In this document: positions 17,141 through 25,528 of the stretch, piece by piece | Layout: every line of letters starts with the position of its first letter | Position numbering within the stretch: the stretch's first letter is position 1 | Source: a virus | IMG/VR virus record: IMGVR_UViG_3300024346_000012 | DNA: 64,000 nt | Reading direction: 5' to 3' (one strand) | Position numbers and translations under genes: made by a program | The notes under the pieces: model-generated | Told to the model about the DNA's origin: nothing | The model's database searches: none | The model's input: only the letters and a program-made list of their open reading frames with translations

Positions 17141-17355
17141 TTGCCACTTTTCTGTTGCTAGGTAAGTGGCCAACCCCCTGTGATCATGCCGCTAAGGCAA
17201 ATCCAGATGGTGCAAAATTGTCGTTTGCATTTGTGTTTGTAAACTTGAATACATGTCGATCCTAGTTCAGCCCCATCAGAAATACACCTTATGTACTTGT
17301 GGTGGAGCTGCTCGGTACTGCCCCGAGGTCCATACATCCGTTATTAACGCTTACA
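17141..17355 (-). ncRNA. ssrA: Circularly permuted two-piece tmRNA (alphaproteobacterial type)
   Basis: Acceptor piece about 17355-17300 ending CTCGG-GGCAGTA-CCGAG CAGCTCC-ACCA; 25-nt intervening sequence; coding piece from 17274 (GGGGCTGAACTAGGATCGAC); G3-U70 pair; tag ANDNFAPSGFALAA-stop at 17228-17184; 3' GCAACAGAA motif. Confidence 0.95.
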
Positions 17356-17361
17356 TCTTAT

Positions 17362-17390
17362 ATATTACTTTATAGCCAATACTTTGTACA
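17362..17390 (-). promoter_or_regulatory. Sigma70-like promoter TGTACA-N17-TAATAT for the tmRNA
   Basis: Predicted start near 17355 coincides with the 5' end of the helix-2 strand. Confidence 0.7.
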
Positions 17391-17459
17391 TAGCTTTCAA
17401 CAATGTATCTGTCCTGTGATATAATTATTACACTTCCGTTCTCGGTATAAGCGTAATAC

Positions 17460-17756
17460 TTATTCTTCCTTTTCACTATCGTGGATATAGAGTTGGATGA
17501 GGGCATAGTGGAGAACTTTCATTAAATCTTTACGGGCGTCATCACGACTACCTTTTTTCCCATAACGATTTGAATACTTGTCGACATTTCCCATGCAAAA
17601 ACCTGTGCCATGACCACGTTCAATGATTACTTCTGTTGATTGAAATTTATTTGTGGCGTAATGCCCATCATATGTAGCATCGATATACGCTTGAAACTCA
17701 TTAATCAATGCGCCTTCGTTAAATTTATATTCTACATTACTTATTTCTTTTGCCAT
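17460..17756 (-). CDS. DUF3310-like protein
   Basis: GHY, GFCMGNVDKY, RYGKK and DLMKVLHY motifs. Confidence 0.7.
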   Translation of the reverse strand: MAKEISNVEYKFNEGALINEFQAYIDATYDGHYATNKFQSTEVIIERGHGTGFCMGNVDKYSNRYGKKGSRDDARKDLMKVLHYALIQLYIHDSEKEE

Positions 17757-17926
17757 AATTCAAGCTTCTCCATTATATTTATTCTTTGTTCTTCACTATA
17801 AGAAGACCACTCAGTGATCTCCTGAGAAGTGCGTTTACACCCTATGCACGTACCAGTAAATGCATCAATTTTACATATCTGAGTACAAGGACTAGATGCT
17901 TTTACTAATCCCAAGTGCCGTCCCAC
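17741..17926 (-). CDS. DUF1289 family small Cys protein
   Basis: SPCTQIC and CIGCKRT-x2-EI-x2-W motifs. Confidence 0.8.
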   Translation of the reverse strand: MGRHLGLVKASSPCTQICKIDAFTGTCIGCKRTSQEITEWSSYSEEQRINIMEKLELWQKK

Positions 17927-18390
17927 ACATAAAACACGTGTTTATCAATTATTTTACTTACTTCCATTTGATCTGCCCACACCGGATTCACATACGTAGC
18001 GTGATAAAATGTAGCTCCCTTTGTAGGATCATCTACGTTTCCTATCATCACATCTCTGGCAATAGCCCGAGCTTGCTTCCACGATTTGTTTTCTTTGGGC
18101 GTCTGATCTTTAATCATAAACGTCCAACTAAACTGCTTTGGTTGGTAGACTACATCGCATATACTATTAGGCCATTCCTTATGCTCTACTCTATTCATGG
18201 TAACATGGGCAACAGCGATTTGGCCTTCAATGACCTCGCCGCGAGCCTCGTGATATATATTCATCGCCAAACAATTTTGGCTTTTAGGATCTATATCGGG
18301 TTGACCACCCATAGAAAGAGTTATGACAAGTGCCCCAGTTAGTACTGACATAGTTAATAATCCGCTTGTTATGTTTAAAGTTCTTGACAT
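17905..18390 (-). CDS. Cell wall hydrolase (SleB/Hydrolase_2)
   Basis: CLAMNIYHEARGE, VAHVTMNRV, QFSW, GATFYHA and HVFY motifs; N-terminal TM. Confidence 0.9.
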   Translation of the reverse strand: MSRTLNITSGLLTMSVLTGALVITLSMGGQPDIDPKSQNCLAMNIYHEARGEVIEGQIAVAHVTMNRVEHKEWPNSICDVVYQPKQFSWTFMIKDQTPKENKSWKQARAIARDVMIGNVDDPTKGATFYHATYVNPVWADQMEVSKIIDKHVFYVWDGTWD

Positions 18391-18406
18391 AGGATATTTA
18401 TAAACC

Positions 18407-18622
18407 TTACAGTCCTAGAACACGACCTGCGTGTTCTTTTAAACCCTTATAGGGATTTTCAGTTAAAAACTCTGCAATCTGCTCGAAATAAAACGCAGAT
18501 TTTTCCTCGCCTTCAAGTTCTAAAACTCCGGCGCATTCACTCATGAAATCAATAACTTCACGCAGAGCAACACGGCCATCGTTTCCCATGGCCGCTTTAT
18601 GTGATTTACCTTTACGCTGCAT
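18407..18622 (-). CDS. Hypothetical protein
   Basis: Likely start MQRKGKSH after GGAGG RBS. Confidence 0.55.
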   Translation of the reverse strand: MQRKGKSHKAAMGNDGRVALREVIDFMSECAGVLELEGEEKSAFYFEQIAEFLTENPYKGLKEHAGRVLGL

Positions 18623-18842
18623 TAGAAGGTTCCTCCATTGTAAGTTCAGTCCTCCAGAGATCATGTTGAAGTTCCATCTCAGCTTCCATCCTTTCAATGT
18701 TTTGCTGAAGATCGTCAACAATATCAAGCAGTTCAATTAAAACAGTGGCACGACTATGGCCAAAATTATGAGAACGACGAACAATGCTCATCAATTTCTT
18801 TCTCATCATCAATGCATCTTGAATATCATTTACAATAATCAT
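18612..18842 (-). CDS. Hypothetical protein
   Basis: 76-aa ORF, TAATG-coupled; ends NAA. Confidence 0.6.
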   Translation of the reverse strand: MIIVNDIQDALMMRKKLMSIVRRSHNFGHSRATVLIELLDIVDDLQQNIERMEAEMELQHDLWRTELTMEEPSNAA

Positions 18843-19243
18843 TACGCTACTTCCTCCATATTATAAACTAAATTAGCGGCTGACATTTCAGGCTTAAATC
18901 CGATTGCAACAAAACCATAGTTAGCTACAACCATTACATTACCTTCTACATCAACGATGATATCACCGACTGAAAGTGAAGACATACGTGAGAAACGCGT
19001 AATCGCTGACTCAGGGCCAATGTTACCGATTTCAAAGCAATGCTCAGGAGTTTCAGCACGAATGTCAGAAACATGAGTATAAAGACCATCTGTAAGAGCT
19101 TGATCAGCGATACCAGAAATGTTATTTCCGCTAAAATCAAAGTTCATCTCTGTTTTAGCTTCACGCTTAGCGTTAGTTTCGCCAGCATTGATGGCTGCGA
19201 TATCTGCTTTAGAGTATTGAATTTGCCAAACTGTAAAAATCAT
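18842..19243 (-). CDS. Early protein with YodL-like SLSVGDI motif
   Basis: RMSSLSVGDIIV; start MIFTVWQ after GGAG RBS. Confidence 0.55.
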   Translation of the reverse strand: MIFTVWQIQYSKADIAAINAGETNAKREAKTEMNFDFSGNNISGIADQALTDGLYTHVSDIRAETPEHCFEIGNIGPESAITRFSRMSSLSVGDIIVDVEGNVMVVANYGFVAIGFKPEMSAANLVYNMEEVA

Positions 19244-19268
19244 GTTATTATCTCCATTTGATAATACC

Positions 19269-19297
19269 ATCCTACAGCATATTAAAAGCAATGTACA
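19269..19297 (-). promoter_or_regulatory. Sigma70-like early promoter TGTACA-N17-TAGGAT
   Basis: Promoter family match; 21-bp identity with the unit at 25487-25507. Confidence 0.75.
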
Positions 19298-19431
19298 CAA
19301 AAAAGCGCCGATCGAAATCGTTTAAAAACAACAACTTGTAAAATAAATTTATTTAAACTGCTTTAATGCTTGTAGAATGTATCTTCTATGCAGTCTATAT
19401 TCTGCCACTATCTGAGCAAATGATTTTTCTG

Positions 19432-20502
19432 TCATACTAGAAACTCCGCTAAAGTTGCTTTTTGTTGTTTTGCTTCAAGCGCTTCAGGGCGCCAAATATC
19501 AGGATACATAGGCTTATCATTTTTATCCATCATATAATAACCTGAAGCATTTTTAAGACCTCGGCCAGAACGATCGAGATTATTTAAAAACCTGATATAG
19601 ATGCATAAGGTATCTTCGTGTGCCACAGCATTTGTACCAAGGTTTTCTGTAAGATCTGCTAGTGCTCGATCGTGATATTCTACTTGACTCATCCCTTTTG
19701 GCTTTCGAAACATTTGTTCGATTGCTTGTCTAGCATTATTACCACAATATAAACTACTATTAGGATCTACATATTGTGGATGATACGTAGCAATGTCTGC
19801 AATGGCTTGTGCATATGGAAAGTTCCAACGACGAATCCCGTTGTCTATATTTTTCTGGTTAAGTCTATCAGTTAAACTCTTTTGTTCAAGCGGTGGATTA
19901 CCTGCATTATAGTTTTCTTTAAGATGTTCTGTCAGTTCGCCCATTAGTTCTAAACCAAAACTCGTTATATGTTCAGGAAGATTCATACCTTTCTTCGGAG
20001 TAGGGTTCTGGTTACCAATAGTAGAAAACATCTTTTTACCAGCTTTTTTCCACTGCTTCATAAGATTCGCCATCTCATCTGCAGTTTCATACATTCCGAA
20101 ATGACTAACTATGCTATGATGATATCCGTGCCATGGTTTGCCAGCATAAAATCCTGATCCAGTACTACGATGCGTATAATAAGCAAACACATATTCTCGA
20201 AGAGTCCATTTATTTGTCACATATTTCTGAACTCGTTCTTGTACCTCTTTCGGCCTTTTCTTAAATACTACTTGATTAGTGCCGTGATTTAAATCTTGGT
20301 TTACGTTATTGAATCCTTCATACGTTCTAGACACACAGTTGTAAGCAGGGATATTTTGCATTAACTCGTCGTTCACGTGTTCGTCAGCTTCAGGTCCAAG
20401 ATAATCAGCATCGCCGATTAGGCAATTCTCTTCAAGCCATTTTGAACGAGGCCAGAAATAATCCACATAACAATCGTAATTTGGTCGTCTTTCTAATTCC
20501 AT
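19432..20502 (-). CDS. Putative DNA base-hypermodification transferase (aGPT-PPlase / amino acid:DNA transferase-like)
   Basis: Ordered motifs NCVSR, FPYAQAIADI, YCGNNA and HEDTLC; C-terminal clamp-type motif ATLAEFLV. Confidence 0.5.
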   Translation of the reverse strand: MELERRPNYDCYVDYFWPRSKWLEENCLIGDADYLGPEADEHVNDELMQNIPAYNCVSRTYEGFNNVNQDLNHGTNQVVFKKRPKEVQERVQKYVTNKWTLREYVFAYYTHRSTGSGFYAGKPWHGYHHSIVSHFGMYETADEMANLMKQWKKAGKKMFSTIGNQNPTPKKGMNLPEHITSFGLELMGELTEHLKENYNAGNPPLEQKSLTDRLNQKNIDNGIRRWNFPYAQAIADIATYHPQYVDPNSSLYCGNNARQAIEQMFRKPKGMSQVEYHDRALADLTENLGTNAVAHEDTLCIYIRFLNNLDRSGRGLKNASGYYMMDKNDKPMYPDIWRPEALEAKQQKATLAEFLV

Positions 20503-21437
20503 TACATAAAACTTTCTAGTGTGTTTTCGCTCTCACCCCAATTCATACGGCGATAAAACATGGGATTAAGATGTACTGATTGGGGTCTTTCCATTTTATC
20601 TATAGCATATTTTTCTTCATTCATATCATACCAAGCTTGAGGTGGTTTTACTAATTTCATTTCATATATTTTCATACAGCCTTCCATATCCCAAGCTGCT
20701 TTCATTCTTTCATCTCTTGAGCCCCAAAATGGTTGCTTCTTGTAATACCCGGTCTGAGGAAGTTTACGGCCTTCGAATTCAATTGGCCACGGCACCGCGT
20801 ATTCTACTTCAATGCCAAGACTCTTTCCGAAATCGCTATATGCTTCGACCATTTTATAGATGCTAGTTTCTACTCTGCATAAATGGTGACGTACATCAAT
20901 ATTGCCAAGAGATATGGTAACACCTTTATGATGCGGTTTGATATGAGACCTGATGTATGCAAAATCTTCATTGATTTGGCCAAACAATGTAGTACCATCT
21001 TGCTTGACTACACTACTATTCTTCGGTGCATATGCGCACACGTGACTGTCACCGATTGCTAACCATTCGTGTGGTAAATCACTGCCTACAAGAGGCTTAG
21101 CTTCAGAAAGCTTCTCAGTTATTGCATCGCACCAATCTTTGTCAGTTACGTCTTTTCGCTTCTTTAACTGCGCACCGTAGTCAACTGGAGAGCCGTCCAG
21201 TACTGTTATTGTTTCTGAAGCGAGCAAGTTATCGATCCAAACCTTAATAACTTCGTTAAACCCACCCATAAGATTAATAGTACCACCAAAATTAGCACCA
21301 GGCAAAAGATAAACATCTTTGTGCTTTCCATTCGTATGGTCAATGGGTACATTAAGATTTTCTGACCAAGTTCTGGCATAGCCATAACTGTGGCTTGATG
21401 TCTTCTTAGGTATTTTACTAAAGGTTCCGACTATCAT
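20502..21437 (-). CDS. SGNH-hydrolase-like protein in the DNA-modification locus
   Basis: IGDSH, LGNIDVRHHL and SVHL blocks; C-terminal NTLESFM. Confidence 0.5.
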   Translation of the reverse strand: MIVGTFSKIPKKTSSHSYGYARTWSENLNVPIDHTNGKHKDVYLLPGANFGGTINLMGGFNEVIKVWIDNLLASETITVLDGSPVDYGAQLKKRKDVTDKDWCDAITEKLSEAKPLVGSDLPHEWLAIGDSHVCAYAPKNSSVVKQDGTTLFGQINEDFAYIRSHIKPHHKGVTISLGNIDVRHHLCRVETSIYKMVEAYSDFGKSLGIEVEYAVPWPIEFEGRKLPQTGYYKKQPFWGSRDERMKAAWDMEGCMKIYEMKLVKPPQAWYDMNEEKYAIDKMERPQSVHLNPMFYRRMNWGESENTLESFM

Positions 21438-21874
21438 TCTATAAACTCATAATCAACACCAGCTTCACTAAAGAGTTCCGATGAATATGCAAACGACTCG
21501 ATCCATCGTTGTGGGTATTCTGCTAGCGGCATAACAACTCTCTTAATTCCAACCTGAATAATACCCTTTGCGCAATCAGAGCAGACAGGTAATCCATGAA
21601 CATAGAGAGTTGCACCGTCAAGTGATACACCATTATATGTAGCATTGTATATGCAGTTCATTTCAGCATGAACTACAAACTTATACTTAACATCTTTGTT
21701 TGCATATCGATCAAAACTATCACTAATTCCTCTTGGAAATCCGTTGTAGCCTTGAGCAAGCACTTGTCCTTTTGATCCTACAGCAATCGCACCGATTTTA
21801 GATGAAGGATCTTTCGACCAATTAGCGACTCCAGATGCTAGATCAAGATATCGCTTATCCCATTTATTAACCAT
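21434..21874 (-). CDS. cd: dCMP deaminase
   Basis: WSKDPS, GYNGFPRG, HAEMN and PVCSDC motifs; likely true start MVNKWDKRY. Confidence 0.9.
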   Translation of the reverse strand: MVNKWDKRYLDLASGVANWSKDPSSKIGAIAVGSKGQVLAQGYNGFPRGISDSFDRYANKDVKYKFVVHAEMNCIYNATYNGVSLDGATLYVHGLPVCSDCAKGIIQVGIKRVVMPLAEYPQRWIESFAYSSELFSEAGVDYEFIE

Positions 21875-21895
21875 AATATAAACCTTTTTTTGTGT

Positions 21896-21951
21896 CGAGT
21901 AGGACTTTCGCCCTACTCGTTTATTATACACTATTTTTTCATGATTGTAAA
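21896..21951 (-). promoter_or_regulatory. Promoter TTTACA-N17-TATAAT followed by a 5' leader hairpin with GAAA loop
   Basis: Near-consensus boxes at 21946-21951 and 21923-21928; hairpin CGAGTAGGGC-GAAA-GTCCTACTCG. Confidence 0.75.
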
Positions 21952-23322
21952 ATAAATAATTCCACCGAGTGCGGCACCAATTACCCATCCGAATCCTGAT
22001 AAGAAGCCAAGAACTGGCAACCATACCGTTCCAAGAGAGAACGCTGCAGGCAATGCCCAAGCTGCGAGTGCTTTCTTGTTCCAACCATTGTCATAATAGT
22101 ATTCACCATCTTCAGATGCATTAAATAGTTCATCAATATCTAGTGCTTCTTTCTTGATCATATAGTGATCGACCATCATAATACCATAGATCGGAGCGAG
22201 TACAGCGCCAAAGGTATTTACAAAATTGAAGATACCCATTTGACTTACTACTGAAACCCAAAGACCACCAATTACGAGAGCAAATGCCGATGTAATCAAA
22301 CCACCAAGTCTAAAGTCGATCTTAGCTGGTGCTAGATTGGCAAGATCATAAGCAGGTGGAATAAAGTTAGCCACCATATTAATGCCAACAGTCGCAAAGA
22401 AGAACGCGATAGCAGCTACAATAGTAAGTGGTAAAGATCCGACAGCTGCCACAATATCAGTAGGATTTGTCATTGGTTCACCGAAGACTACAATAGTACC
22501 AGCAGTAACTACTAAAGCGATTAACGAAAAGAAAGCAATGTTTAATGGCAAGCCAAGTAGATTGCCCTTTCTCATTTCCTTTTGTGATTTTACAAATCTA
22601 GAGAAATCACCGTAGTTAATTACAACAGCCGCAAAGTATGCAATCATTGTACCAACTACTGCGAACCACGCACTGAGTGCTGTTCCACTATAATCACCTA
22701 CGCCTTGAAAGATAGTACCTACTTCTGTCATGAGTCCTGATCCGGCCGCATTCCAAATAAGAAGAGCAAGAACAATCATAACAGCATATACAAACACTCC
22801 CGCAAAATTTAAGAACTTAGCGATAGTATCAATGCCTTTCATAAACAAGAAGATCTGAAAACCCCACACAATTAAGAACGATACCCAATCAATGCCAGTC
22901 ATACCAAGCCACATACTCGATGGCTCAATTCCTAAAAGAGATTTAATTAAGAGAGACAAAGCTGTTGATGCAAAATAAGTTTGCGCGCCATACCAGAAGA
23001 TGGCTACAACAGCTCGTAATACAGCCGGAAAGTTAGCGCCCTTTACACCCATACTCGCTCGAGCCATAACTGGAAATGGAATGCCATGCTGTACAGAAGG
23101 TTTACCCATTAGGTTTACCAGCACCATAACAAAAAGTCCTGCTACCAAAATAGCAGAAAAGACAGACCAGCCAGAAAGGCCATATGATAAGAATAGTGAT
23201 GCTGCTAAAGTATATCCAAAGAGTGATTGAATATCGTTAGACCATACATTGAAAATTTCAAACCAACCCCATGTTTTTTTATCCTCGGTTACAGGGCCGA
23301 GGTCTTCATTATGAAGTTCCAT
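21931..23322 (-). CDS. NCS1 family nucleobase:cation symporter
   Basis: About 12 TM helices; GIPFPVMARASMG, WYGAQT, NYGDFSRF and NMVANF motifs. Confidence 0.92.
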   Translation of the reverse strand: MELHNEDLGPVTEDKKTWGWFEIFNVWSNDIQSLFGYTLAASLFLSYGLSGWSVFSAILVAGLFVMVLVNLMGKPSVQHGIPFPVMARASMGVKGANFPAVLRAVVAIFWYGAQTYFASTALSLLIKSLLGIEPSSMWLGMTGIDWVSFLIVWGFQIFLFMKGIDTIAKFLNFAGVFVYAVMIVLALLIWNAAGSGLMTEVGTIFQGVGDYSGTALSAWFAVVGTMIAYFAAVVINYGDFSRFVKSQKEMRKGNLLGLPLNIAFFSLIALVVTAGTIVVFGEPMTNPTDIVAAVGSLPLTIVAAIAFFFATVGINMVANFIPPAYDLANLAPAKIDFRLGGLITSAFALVIGGLWVSVVSQMGIFNFVNTFGAVLAPIYGIMMVDHYMIKKEALDIDELFNASEDGEYYYDNGWNKKALAAWALPAAFSLGTVWLPVLGFLSGFGWVIGAALGGIIYFTIMKK

Positions 23323-23365
23323 ATTAAGTTCCTTGTTTTGTTGTTGTGTAGTAGATATAGCAGTT

Positions 23366-24079
23366 TTAAACTACTATATCAAAATGCCGTTCATAAACGT
23401 GCAAATTTTGTACTTGCCACGTCATCAAGGCTGGTTCAATAGCCTCGCCACTGCCGCTTGCAGTGCGTTCAAAACGTCGGAAGTTATAATCGTCGCATAG
23501 TTTTTGTACTACATGCATTTGCCATGCGTAATCATTTTTGTAACCAAAGACTACGTCATTAGAACGCATTTGGACTACAGCATGAAGCAGACCATCACGA
23601 ATATAATAAGTGACAGCGTTGGTACAGATGAAATCATTTTTGCCGTTATCTTTATAATCAAGCCAAATGCTAGGGCGATTATAAACCATGGTAGCACGTC
23701 TTCCATCAGGATTCTCTAGCAGTTCTGTTAATACATTATCGTACTGTTTATTGTAAGTATCACTGAAGATAAGTTTGCCATAGTTAGAGTTAATCTCACC
23801 ATGTGAATTGGAAGCATACTTCCATGCTGCTGGAGGATCACGATGTTCACCAAAAATGTCATTGATATTAGTCGACATGTTATGGTACCATAGCAGTTCT
23901 TGGTTAATGTAATCCTGGTTGGGTACACCAAATATAGACTTTTCGGTTGCAATAAAAGATGCACCGATTAATTCAATAGTTTTAGCGCCAGTTTTATCTA
24001 TAGTGAATGCTTCATCTTTAAGTTCATTAATAAAGAATTGCCGTACGTCGTTTACGCTATTTGCTTTCATATCTATCAT
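23366..24079 (-). CDS. 42: dCMP hydroxymethylase (T4 gp42-like)
   Basis: DKTGAKTIELIGASF, GEINSNYG, DFICTN, MRSNDVVFGYKNDYAWQ (cytosine-type Asp) and LHVYERHF closely track T4 gp42. Confidence 0.9.
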   Translation of the reverse strand: MIDMKANSVNDVRQFFINELKDEAFTIDKTGAKTIELIGASFIATEKSIFGVPNQDYINQELLWYHNMSTNINDIFGEHRDPPAAWKYASNSHGEINSNYGKLIFSDTYNKQYDNVLTELLENPDGRRATMVYNRPSIWLDYKDNGKNDFICTNAVTYYIRDGLLHAVVQMRSNDVVFGYKNDYAWQMHVVQKLCDDYNFRRFERTASGSGEAIEPALMTWQVQNLHVYERHFDIVV

Positions 24080-24365
24080 CCATATCTTTACCTTCTTCGT
24101 ATGCTACACGAAGAATCATAAGTTGCGTTAAAGCGTGATCGAGATGGAGAAGACCAGACTCAGGATCAGTATCTTCTTTATTCCAATATGCCATTAAGTG
24201 ACGCTGAAGAGAAGAATAAGATCTACTCCACTCAGTCGTGTTTATGTCATCACGCCAGTTGTTTTCACCGTATTTCTTTGCACCAAATTCTAGTACTCTC
24301 GCTGCAGATTCAATAGCGAGAGTTGGTACAAGGTGAATCGGGGGTTTGCCATTATCGTATTTCAT
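24057..24365 (-). CDS. dATP/dGTP diphosphohydrolase-like (DUF5664) protein
   Basis: KYDNGKP, FGAKKYG-x2-NW, RHL and DPESGLLHLDHA motifs. Confidence 0.8.
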   Translation of the reverse strand: MKYDNGKPPIHLVPTLAIESAARVLEFGAKKYGENNWRDDINTTEWSRSYSSLQRHLMAYWNKEDTDPESGLLHLDHALTQLMILRVAYEEGKDMDDRYESK

Positions 24366-24371
24366 AATTGT

Positions 24372-24400
24372 ATTCTACCATATTATAGAGGATATGTAAA
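24372..24400 (-). promoter_or_regulatory. Sigma70-like promoter TTTACA-N17-TAGAAT
   Basis: Promoter family match directly upstream of the DUF5664-gp42 genes. Confidence 0.65.
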
Positions 24401-24811
24401 TCTATTATTTTCATCTATGTGTTTTAATGCTTCTTTTGCGTCAACATAATCGATGACTGTATATTCTACTACTTGATTTTCTTCGAGCGGACCACCCCAG
24501 GGCCTCGACCACATCCAAATTCCAAGCTGATCGATTTTACCAGCTTTAATTTGTTTTTGAATATACTCAGATACATGAACACCAGACTTAGAGTACATTT
24601 TATAATCAATGGCTCCAAGTATCTGATGATATGTATCATATTCATAGCCATCATATAAAGTCTGAAATTGATCAACCTTTGCTTGATGGAATTCTACAAA
24701 TTCAGAATCCCATCTAAAATAGGGGTTTGGTCGATTATCTTTATTGACCTTTTCGTCACGCTGAATAATAAAAGCTTTATCGACCTTAGCTTTAAAGTGA
24801 GTCATTAACAA
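24383..24811 (-). CDS. Hypothetical protein
   Basis: 142-aa ORF in operon context. Confidence 0.6.
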   Translation of the reverse strand: MLMTHFKAKVDKAFIIQRDEKVNKDNRPNPYFRWDSEFVEFHQAKVDQFQTLYDGYEYDTYHQILGAIDYKMYSKSGVHVSEYIQKQIKAGKIDQLGIWMWSRPWGGPLEENQVVEYTVIDYVDAKEALKHIDENNRFTYPL

Positions 24812-25074
24812 TAATCTCTTGTATACACGTCAAAGTGAGTGGCATTTTCAATTGGTGTGTCGTGAGCATATGTAGAAAGGCGAGGGCCGCGAGGACGAAT
24901 ACGAAGACCTTTTGTAGAATATTTTTTGTAGCCAATAGCTTTATTAAATTTATTAAGATATTTGTTTTGGTTGCGAATCAGTAGTTTTAATTCTGAAATC
25001 GCAGGATCATCAATATCAGAACAAGAAAAACGATAGCTATCAGAAGAACGATTTTTAAAAGTTACGAATACCAT
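24805..25074 (-). CDS. Hypothetical early protein
   Basis: RGPR and ATHFDVY motifs; GGAG RBS. Confidence 0.6.
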   Translation of the reverse strand: MVFVTFKNRSSDSYRFSCSDIDDPAISELKLLIRNQNKYLNKFNKAIGYKKYSTKGLRIRPRGPRLSTYAHDTPIENATHFDVYTRDYC

Positions 25075-25075
25075 A

Positions 25076-25246
25076 TTATATTACTCCATTTTCCATAAGT
25101 TGAAAGATTTCAGTTGCAGTTGCATTGAACTCTTCTTGCGAAGATTGAGAGAAGTCAAAGCCAAGACCACCCATGTTATCAAAGATTTTTTCTGCATAGT
25201 CGAATGTGCAGTTGAACATTTTTTCGATTTCACGAATATAAAGCAT
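25076..25246 (-). CDS. Hypothetical early protein
   Basis: Likely start MLYIREIE (TAATG overlap); GFDFSQSS. Confidence 0.55.
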   Translation of the reverse strand: MLYIREIEKMFNCTFDYAEKIFDNMGGLGFDFSQSSQEEFNATATEIFQLMENGVI

Positions 25247-25449
25247 TACCAGATTACCTCCTCGGTTACAATCATGCGACGACCTAAGTTTTGTTCTACG
25301 CAATTTTCGGTGTAAGTTTTCACGGCACCATCGTCGTACATAACGCTAATAAGTGTTTCGCCATCCGCATCATCGTGAATAGAAGTGATTTCACCTTTTG
25401 CAGTATAATCTCTATATTGACGAATAATTCCCATTCCAACTTCAAACAT
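25246..25449 (-). CDS. Small SH3/Tudor-like hypothetical protein
   Basis: FEVGM, GEITSI and VMYDDG strand pattern; AGGAG RBS. Confidence 0.55.
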   Translation of the reverse strand: MFEVGMGIIRQYRDYTAKGEITSIHDDADGETLISVMYDDGAVKTYTENCVEQNLGRRMIVTEEVIW

Positions 25450-25472
25450 TGTTTTCTCCTTTTGTTATAACC

Positions 25473-25501
25473 TTTATAACACGTTTAAAAAGCAATGTAC
25501 A
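25473..25501 (-). promoter_or_regulatory. Sigma70-like early promoter TGTACA-N17-TATAAA
   Basis: Promoter family match. Confidence 0.75.
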
Positions 25502-25502
25502 C

Positions 25503-25528
25503 AAAAAAATGCGCCGAAGCGCATTTTT
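25503..25528 (-). terminator. Intrinsic terminator with UUCG loop abutting an early promoter
   Basis: AAAAATGCGC-TTCG-GCGCATTTTTTT. Confidence 0.85.

Noticed and set aside
17270-17335. Possible tRNA-Ala
   Set aside because: The acceptor halves are in permuted order, there is no anticodon arm, and a tag reading frame follows; it is the tmRNA. No standard tRNA was recognised elsewhere by eye
17426-17459. Stem-loop TATTACGCTT...AAGTGTAATA after the DUF3310-like gene
   Set aside because: AT-rich with no U-tract; most simply a 3' stabilising hairpin, insufficient evidence for an ncRNA
19349-19435. 28-codon ORF MTEKSFAQIVAEYRLHRRYILQALKQFK
   Set aside because: It has an ATGA overlap but is too short and motif-free to support
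21875-22084. N-terminal extension of dCMP deaminase in the ORF track
   Set aside because: It overlaps the NCS1 gene and an internal promoter; the true start is almost certainly 21874
23366-24365. dZ or 7-deazaguanine genome, suggested by the DUF5664 gene; or 5hmU chemistry
   Set aside because: No purZ, dpdA or que genes are in the window, and the TS homologue has the cytosine-type Asp and gp42-like sequence, so hmC is better supported
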